In this document: in pieces, positions 6,241-11,254 of the stretch
How the letters are laid out: each line of letters starts with the position of its first letter
How positions within the stretch are numbered: position 1 is the first letter of the stretch
Assembly: GCA_045106895.1 (NCBI GenBank)
Contig: JBGCFM010000224.1
Location: 1 to 11,254 of the forward strand
Reading direction: 5' to 3'
DNA length: 11,254 bases
Source of the DNA: Polyangiales bacterium
GTDB lineage: Bacteria; Myxococcota_A; Polyangia; Polyangiales; Houyiibacteriaceae
Program-made: the position numbers and the translations under genes
Notes under the pieces: model-generated
Told to the model about the DNA's origin: nothing
The model's input: the letters and a program-made list of their open reading frames with translations, nothing else
Databases searched by the model: none

Positions 6241-8918
6241 GAGTTCACCTCGCGGCCCAGCTTCGACGACCAATGAGCAAACTGCCGCGCCTTGTCTTCG
6301 GGGCCGGTGAAGAGCCCGCCGTTGCTTGGCGCGGCGGTGGACATGAGGCACACGCTACGCTCCGGCGACGCATGCGCGTACACATAACGGACGGCGTCTT
6401 CCATGCTCTTCGGCTCAAAGAACTTCAGCTGGCTCAGGGCAGCGTTCGTGACCACTTCCTTGATGCGCTCGCCGGTAGGCGGAAACAAGACGAGGTGTTC
6501 GACGGTCGAGCGACGCAACGCCGGGAGGAGCTTGCGGTAGTCCTGTTGGCGGTCCACGCCGCCCAAGAAGAGAAACTTCACGTTCTCATCTGCGAGGGCG
6601 TCGAGGGCCGCAACGGTGACCTCCGGCGCCGTGGAGCGGATGTCGCACACGAAGCGAAGGCCGTCTTTGTCCGTGACGGTTTCAAGGCGGCCCGGCAGCG
6701 GGCGGAAGGAACGGAGCGACGACGCCAAGTCGGCGTCGTCGATTCCGAAGTGGCGGCCGATGTGGACGGCGGGCCAGATATTGGAGTGGTTGAACGCGCC
6801 CAGGAGCGGCCCCGTCGACGCGCCGAGGAGGGGCGGCCTCTCATACGTGATGGGAACGCGACGGGCAGGGCTAAGTTCCGCGAGGCCGGCGGCGTGACTA
6901 CAATCTGCGCTGTAGAGGACAAGGTCGCCGCGGCCCTGATAACGAGTGATGGCGGACTTCGCCGCGACGTAGGAGTTCATGTCGCCGTGTCGGTCGAGGT
7001 GGTCTGGGAAGATGCCCAGAACCACTGCGATGTCCGGGCTAACGTGAAGGTCTTCGAGCTGAAAGCTCGACAGCTCAACGCAAAAGATCGAGTCGGCGTC
7101 CGCGCCTTCTAGGCTATCGAGACAAGGGCGGCCAATGTTGCCGACAAGGCGTACATCGCGGCCGCGCAGCACGTGGGCGATGAGCGACGCAGCCGTGGAC
7201 TTTCCTTTGGTGCCTGTGACGCCGATGGTCGTGCCCCGGCATCGCTCGAAGAAGAGCGCGGTGTTGGACGAGATGATCGGCGGGCACCCGCCGCGCTCCC
7301 TGAGGAGTGTGAGAAGTGGATGCGAAGCTGAGACGCCGGGGGACTTGAAGACGATGGGGAGAGAAGGCGCTTCCTTTGCCGCCTGAGACGCGGTCATGAA
7401 GCGCACGTGTTGCCCGGAGGTGCGCGGCGCGGGAAGGCGCGAAGCCGCCGATGGGTCATCATCGATGACGAGAAGGTCGAGGGAATCGACGGTGGATAAG
7501 AGGTAGCGGCATGTGCTAGCGCCTTCGCTACCAAGCCCCAGTACGCAGGCCGCGCGCCCCTGAAGTAACGGCACAGCGCGTGGCCGCAAGGCAGCCTGCA
7601 CAAGCGCGTGAAGCTCTTCGGGGATGGCTTCCATGGCGGCCAAACCCACGGACTGCGTGAGCACGTCCAGCGCGGACTCCGAGAGACGCTCGCCCCGGCG
7701 GAGCGCGAGCGCTGCATGGAGTTCCTCGGGCGTCGCAATGCACTCAAAGGGTCGGGGGGAGCACTCTTGGCCGAGGAGCGAAGGCAACATCGCCATACAC
7801 TCTGGGTCCTCGAGCATGTCTATGCCCACGGCTTCCACCAACGCGGCGTGGGGCATGAAAGGCGCGAGGAGAATGAACGTGGATAGACACTTGGGGCAGC
7901 CGCCGCACCAAGCGTCGCTCTTACGCCCACGGTTGCAACTTCGGAAGACGGGGTAGAAGTGGCCGAGGCGACTGAAACGCTGGGCGATCTGGAGTTCGTT
8001 GAAGGGGCGCAGAAGGCTGAAGTAGTGCAGACCCGCGGCGATGTGCTGCTTGAGGTACGCGCGCATCCCAACTTCGAAGGCCGTGCTCTTGCCATACTGG
8101 TGGTTGATGGTGGCGCCTCGGTACTCAAGCTTCGCGTAGTCCGACGACGACTCATTCGAGAGCACGATGTGTTTGCGGCCCAGCACAAGCGCCGCGAGCG
8201 CGGATGTCATGGCGATGACGGCGCCGAACGGAGTGTGACCGTTCAGGTAGCCCCGCCGGTTGAGCTCCAGCAAGTGGGGGTCGATGGTTCGCTCCACGAC
8301 TACCTGCTCTTGCACGTTGGCCAGGGCGATGGCCGCATGCGTCGAGGGAGGCGGGTTGATGGCGATGGTCGCAACGGGGCTGTTTCGCTGCCCAAGCAGG
8401 GCCAAGGTCAACAGCGAGTCCTTGCCGCCGCCGACGGGGACGAGAAATCCCTCATCGAGGACGACGCTCTCGTCAACGCGCGGCGCGGGGGCGTTAGGGG
8501 CGGCGCTAACGACGGTGACGAAGTCCGCGTCTGTAAAAGAAGTGCGGTTGACGTAGTGAAACTCGCTCATGCCTTCCGTCAGCATGCGCTCCCAGTAGGT
8601 GACCTCGTCTGGCGACAGCGCCCCGGCGCGAATATCGACGGTGGGCGAACAGGTCGCTTTCCAGTAGCTGGGCAACTCCGCGAGGCCGAGGTGGAACACA
8701 GCCGAGTCGAGCAAGTGGGGTGCGAGGGCAAGCTCTCGGCGACGACCCGAGAAAACGAACCGACACGTGGGCCGGAACGAATGCTCCTCCGCTCGAAAAT
8801 GAAAGGCACAGCTCAGCGAATCGGGCGTGTCCCAGCGCCACTCGTAGCCCTCGTAGACGAAGGTCGGGTAGTCGGCGCGGAGCTGGGCGAGGGAGCGCTG
8901 GGGGGATGCCTGGGACAA
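6237..8918 (-). CDS. murL-murD2: Fused MurL (UDP-MurNAc-L-Ala-L-Glu epimerase)-like domain and MurD/MurD2 (UDP-MurNAc-L-Ala--glutamate ligase) domain, 893 aa
   Basis: N-terminal ~440 aa carry MurL-type motifs: SYWKA, PP-loop-like GGGKDS (8415-8432), NGHTPF, SNESS, INHQYGKS, YFSLLRP, SCN, WCGGCPKC (7887-7910), PFEC. From ~7570 the protein is MurD-type: VLGLGSEG, FKSPGV, GVTGTKGKST, GNIG, VELSSFQL, DHLDRHG...Y..AK, GRLE, GGVDR. The frame is continuous with no stop at the junction. TTG start with GAGG 5 nt upstream; TGA stop at 6237-6239. Confidence 0.88.
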   Translation of the reverse strand: MSQASPQRSLAQLRADYPTFVYEGYEWRWDTPDSLSCAFHFRAEEHSFRPTCRFVFSGRRRELALAPHLLDSAVFHLGLAELPSYWKATCSPTVDIRAGALSPDEVTYWERMLTEGMSEFHYVNRTSFTDADFVTVVSAAPNAPAPRVDESVVLDEGFLVPVGGGKDSLLTLALLGQRNSPVATIAINPPPSTHAAIALANVQEQVVVERTIDPHLLELNRRGYLNGHTPFGAVIAMTSALAALVLGRKHIVLSNESSSDYAKLEYRGATINHQYGKSTAFEVGMRAYLKQHIAAGLHYFSLLRPFNELQIAQRFSRLGHFYPVFRSCNRGRKSDAWCGGCPKCLSTFILLAPFMPHAALVEAVGIDMLEDPECMAMLPSLLGQECSPRPFECIATPEELHAALALRRGERLSESALDVLTQSVGLAAMEAIPEELHALVQAALRPRAVPLLQGRAACVLGLGSEGASTCRYLLSTVDSLDLLVIDDDPSAASRLPAPRTSGQHVRFMTASQAAKEAPSLPIVFKSPGVSASHPLLTLLRERGGCPPIISSNTALFFERCRGTTIGVTGTKGKSTAASLIAHVLRGRDVRLVGNIGRPCLDSLEGADADSIFCVELSSFQLEDLHVSPDIAVVLGIFPDHLDRHGDMNSYVAAKSAITRYQGRGDLVLYSADCSHAAGLAELSPARRVPITYERPPLLGASTGPLLGAFNHSNIWPAVHIGRHFGIDDADLASSLRSFRPLPGRLETVTDKDGLRFVCDIRSTAPEVTVAALDALADENVKFLFLGGVDRQQDYRKLLPALRRSTVEHLVLFPPTGERIKEVVTNAALSQLKFFEPKSMEDAVRYVYAHASPERSVCLMSTAAPSNGGLFTGPEDKARQFAHWSSKLGREVNS

Positions 8919-8933
8919 GAAAGCCTCGCTGAA

Positions 8934-9887
8934 CTACGAGAGCTCTGGGAGCGCAAGGGTGGGTTCGCTCGTCCCGACTTGGGCATCTCCCAGGCCGTGG
9001 CGCTCCAAGGTCTCGACGACGCACGATGTCTGTCGAACCCGCTCTCGCAGCTCTTCGGGAGAGGGAAGGTGATTCTGCTTCACTTGCGAGATGGCGCCGC
9101 ACTTCAGATAGATAGGCGAAGCGACGCGCACAAACTCGGGCACCTCATCGGTGCGCAAGAGTCCGCCGGCCTCCGCCGCCGTGTCGCTAAAAAGATCGAG
9201 GGGACAGCTGACGGCAGCGCGCATGGCGCTGATCATGCCGAGGTCCAGGTCCGGGACTGGATTGATGGTGCCGGCGCCGAGGTCTTGGTAGACGCGGGCC
9301 GAGAGTGGGTTGGCGCAACCCATGTGGACCGAGACCTTGAAGATGCTCGTCGAGGGCAACTCGCCGGCGGCTCGCAACTGGTTCAACAAGGTCAAGAGGC
9401 CCATGTCGTAGATGAGAAATCCGCGCACGCCCAGATCCGCGGCGCGCTTGACGCAGTCCACGGCGCGTACGACCTGCTCCATACCGCGCAAGCGATAGCC
9501 CATGCGCCGACCGTTCGGGCTGCGGACGAAGCCGCCGGTGTCGTAGATCGCCCGGGGTCCAACGGAGAAAACCAGGCCGATCCCCTCACCCGCGCCGACG
9601 CGAACCATCTCCAGAATGTCCGCTTTGGGGAGGCGGGTGATGCCGCGGCATTCGTCACAGCGACTGACACGAAGCGAGTGCTCCTTCGCCAGCTTGACGG
9701 CGGCTTTGAGAACCGACGCGCTGTTGATGCTGGAGAGCTCGATGCCGTACTTCCCGCCGTCATCGAAGGTACCCTCGGACGCGGGAAGCTCACGTGCGTC
9801 GCCTGTGGGCAGCTGGTGGCGGGCGAGGAAGTCGCGCGTCTGTGCCGCGTAAGTCGAGTTCATAGGTGGGTCTCCATGCGCGGTCAT
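8934..9887 (-). CDS. Uncharacterised putative TIM-barrel protein of a family usually annotated 'U32 family peptidase'
   Basis: Recalled family pattern: LP.S...F.DG..Y.IE, GPRA.YDTG, G.RLRG, G.RGFLIYD.GLL, FKVSV..G.ANP, GA.TINP..DL, PLD, SP.YLK. The start is either ATG 9887 (ATGA overlap with the upstream stop) or ATG 9863 (GGAGA Shine-Dalgarno 7 nt upstream). Function unknown. Confidence 0.65.
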   Translation of the reverse strand: MTAHGDPPMNSTYAAQTRDFLARHQLPTGDARELPASEGTFDDGGKYGIELSSINSASVLKAAVKLAKEHSLRVSRCDECRGITRLPKADILEMVRVGAGEGIGLVFSVGPRAIYDTGGFVRSPNGRRMGYRLRGMEQVVRAVDCVKRAADLGVRGFLIYDMGLLTLLNQLRAAGELPSTSIFKVSVHMGCANPLSARVYQDLGAGTINPVPDLDLGMISAMRAAVSCPLDLFSDTAAEAGGLLRTDEVPEFVRVASPIYLKCGAISQVKQNHLPSPEELRERVRQTSCVVETLERHGLGDAQVGTSEPTLALPELS

Positions 9888-10579
9888 TGGGTCCGTTGAG
9901 CGGCGACGATATGGCCGACGGAGGTGTTGATGGCCAAGAATTCGAGGGGCTCAGATTCGTCGTCGCACCGCAGCGCGAGATCGACGTCCGCTTCGAAACC
10001 CGCCTCGGCTTCGCAGCGTTGAATGACGCGCGAGTCGGCGCGAATGTCAGTGAGGGCGGCGGCCACGTCGACGGCTCGTCCGAGGACGAGCGCCTCGAAG
10101 ACGTCGGCGCAGAGGTCGTCCTCGATGCACCCTCGACCGCTCGCGATGTGGCCCGCGGGAAGAAGCAAGACGCGCGCTGGACGCATCGATATGACGTATC
10201 GCGCCAGTGCGTGGACGTCGCCGAAACACCCCAGCAGCACGCGCTGCGCGCAGGCGGCTGCCGCGAGGAGAACGCGGGTGCCATTCGTCGTCACCAGCAC
10301 CGGCATACGGCCGGTGAGGTCCACGCGCGACGCCTGTGCGGGCGAGTTGTCGATACGTGTGCCGCGATGTTCCGCTTCCGGCAGCTCGCTGATGAGGACG
10401 CGCTCGCCGGCGGGTAGGTGCTCGAGGTCGTCGAGCGTCGCAGCGACGGAGGCGCGCGTGCAGGCTGTACGACGCATCAGGGCGGCGGCCGTCGATGTCA
10501 TTCGGAACACGTCCATCACGACCGCGATGTCGACGAGTGGCACCGGAAGATCCGCGGGACGAAGACGAAGAATCTCCAC
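9884..10579 (-). CDS. 2-phosphosulfolactate phosphatase (ComB) family protein, 231 aa
   Basis: ComB-family motifs: AVVMDVFRMTST, DNSP, VLVTTNGT, AG, IEDDLCA. The start is reassigned from 10618 to GTG 10579, which overlaps the upstream TAG (TAGTG) and follows a G-rich Shine-Dalgarno-like run. The true substrate is unknown, so no symbol is given. Confidence 0.82.
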   Translation of the reverse strand: MEILRLRPADLPVPLVDIAVVMDVFRMTSTAAALMRRTACTRASVAATLDDLEHLPAGERVLISELPEAEHRGTRIDNSPAQASRVDLTGRMPVLVTTNGTRVLLAAAACAQRVLLGCFGDVHALARYVISMRPARVLLLPAGHIASGRGCIEDDLCADVFEALVLGRAVDVAAALTDIRADSRVIQRCEAEAGFEADVDLALRCDDESEPLEFLAINTSVGHIVAAQRTQ

Positions 10580-11199
10580 TACGTTTCCCCCGATGCGCTG
10601 GCGTCTGCAGTCTTCCACTTCTCGAGCTTCGCGCCCAGGCCGCGGCGAAGAAGTCGGTGCACGCGGTCACGACCGGCGACGAGCATGAGCCCCGTGGCTC
10701 CGAGAATCGCCAGATCCGTGCGCACACCTCTTCGCCGAACGTATGCGCGCTCCAGCCCCGCGGAGTCCGGCGCCGACACCGCGCCGAAGACTTGAACCGG
10801 GCCCGTAAGACCAGGCGAGACTTCGAAACGCACGCCGTATGCCCGTTTGTCCCAACCGAGCCGGTGAATGTGTTCCGAGGTCAGGGGACGCGGTCCCACG
10901 AGACTCATCTCCCCGCGCCACACATTGAGCAGCTGTGGGAGCTCATCAAGGCCTGAGGTCCGCAGCCACGCGCCCACCTGTGTTGGCTGACCGTCGCGCA
11001 TCGTTCTTAGCTTGAGCACCATGAATGGCTTTCGGTTCAAACCAAGTCGCTCCTGACGAAAAAGCACCGGCGCCCCATCCTCGAAGGCCACCGCCGTTGC
11101 CGCCGCCGCCAAGACCGGCGCGGAAGCGACGAGGCCCACGCCGCTCAACACCACATCGAGGGCTCGCTTCGCTCCTTCCCCGACGCTCGCTGCGGACAT
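10579..11199 (-). CDS. Monotopic phosphoglycosyl transferase (bacterial sugar transferase, Bac_transf/PglC-like), 206 aa
   Basis: KRALD followed by a hydrophobic helix containing Pro, then [38 protein letters not shown] (catalytic DE dyad, 10930-10950) and PGLTG..QV. Confidence 0.92.
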   Translation of the reverse strand: MSAASVGEGAKRALDVVLSGVGLVASAPVLAAAATAVAFEDGAPVLFRQERLGLNRKPFMVLKLRTMRDGQPTQVGAWLRTSGLDELPQLLNVWRGEMSLVGPRPLTSEHIHRLGWDKRAYGVRFEVSPGLTGPVQVFGAVSAPDSAGLERAYVRRRGVRTDLAILGATGLMLVAGRDRVHRLLRRGLGAKLEKWKTADASASGET

Positions 11200-11206
11200 G
11201 CCTGGA

Positions 11207-11254
11207 CTATGCCGGCGCGCGTTTCGCGAAACAAGCGGCCATGACGCTGCCTTC
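11207..11254 (-). CDS. Possible 3' end of an upstream gene of the same operon (...EGSVMAACFAKRAPA*)
   Basis: A frame is open from the window edge to TAG at 11207-11209, 7 nt before the transferase ATG. It is too short to verify. Confidence 0.25.
   Translation of the reverse strand, partial: EGSVMAACFAKRAPA

Noticed and set aside
6241..6351. Extended murE N-terminus in the ORF track
   Set aside because: It would overlap the upstream gene by more than 100 nt. GTG 6240 has a good Shine-Dalgarno and a coupling overlap.
7570..8918. Alternative call of the N-terminal domain as QueC or a tRNA-modifying PP-loop ATPase
   Set aside because: It shares a PP-loop-like motif and Cys cluster, but NGHxP, SNExS, NHQxxKS, SLLRP and PFEC plus fusion to MurD fit MurL much better.
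7959..9899. 646-aa plus-strand ORF
   Set aside because: It is antisense to two well-supported genes and has no recognisable motifs. Long shadow ORFs are expected in high-GC coding DNA.
9884..10579. Coenzyme M biosynthesis
   Set aside because: No comA, comC or comDE is in the window, and ComB homologues are widespread in bacteria that do not make coenzyme M.
11221..11232. Perfect 12-bp palindrome GTTTCGCGAAAC upstream of the transferase
   Set aside because: It could be an operator, but it is a single short instance that may lie in an upstream coding frame, and chance occurrence is plausible.
1..11254. tRNA, rRNA, CRISPR array, IS or integrase, intrinsic terminators
   Set aside because: The window is almost fully protein-coding. 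No spaced direct repeats, terminal inverted repeats, transposase motifs or hairpin-plus-U-tract were seen.

Overview
High-GC bacterial DNA, probably myxobacterial (Polyangiales-like; inferred from the style of the lipoprotein and the MurF N-terminus), almost fully coding, with 8 credible genes. Left part: a minus-strand lipoprotein with an alpha/beta-hydrolase (lipase-like) C-terminal domain (12-2060), and a divergent plus-strand LhgO-like FAD oxidoreductase (2154-3281). Right part: a tightly coupled six-gene minus-strand operon, 5'->3': monotopic phosphoglycosyl transferase (Bac_transf/PglC-like), ComB-like 2-phosphosulfolactate phosphatase, U32-annotated TIM-barrel-like protein, a single 893-aa MurL-MurD(2) fusion, MurE, MurF. 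The fusion puts the glutamate-racemase-independent peptidoglycan route (ligate L-Glu, then epimerise it on the UDP-MurNAc-dipeptide) on one polypeptide. The mur genes are not in the canonical dcw context (no ftsI before murE, no mraY after murF) and are co-transcribed with three enzymes not normally linked to peptidoglycan. This is a candidate non-canonical muropeptide or cell-wall precursor pathway. All family calls come from motif recognition by eye; no database searches were run. No RNA genes, mobile elements or CRISPR arrays were seen.
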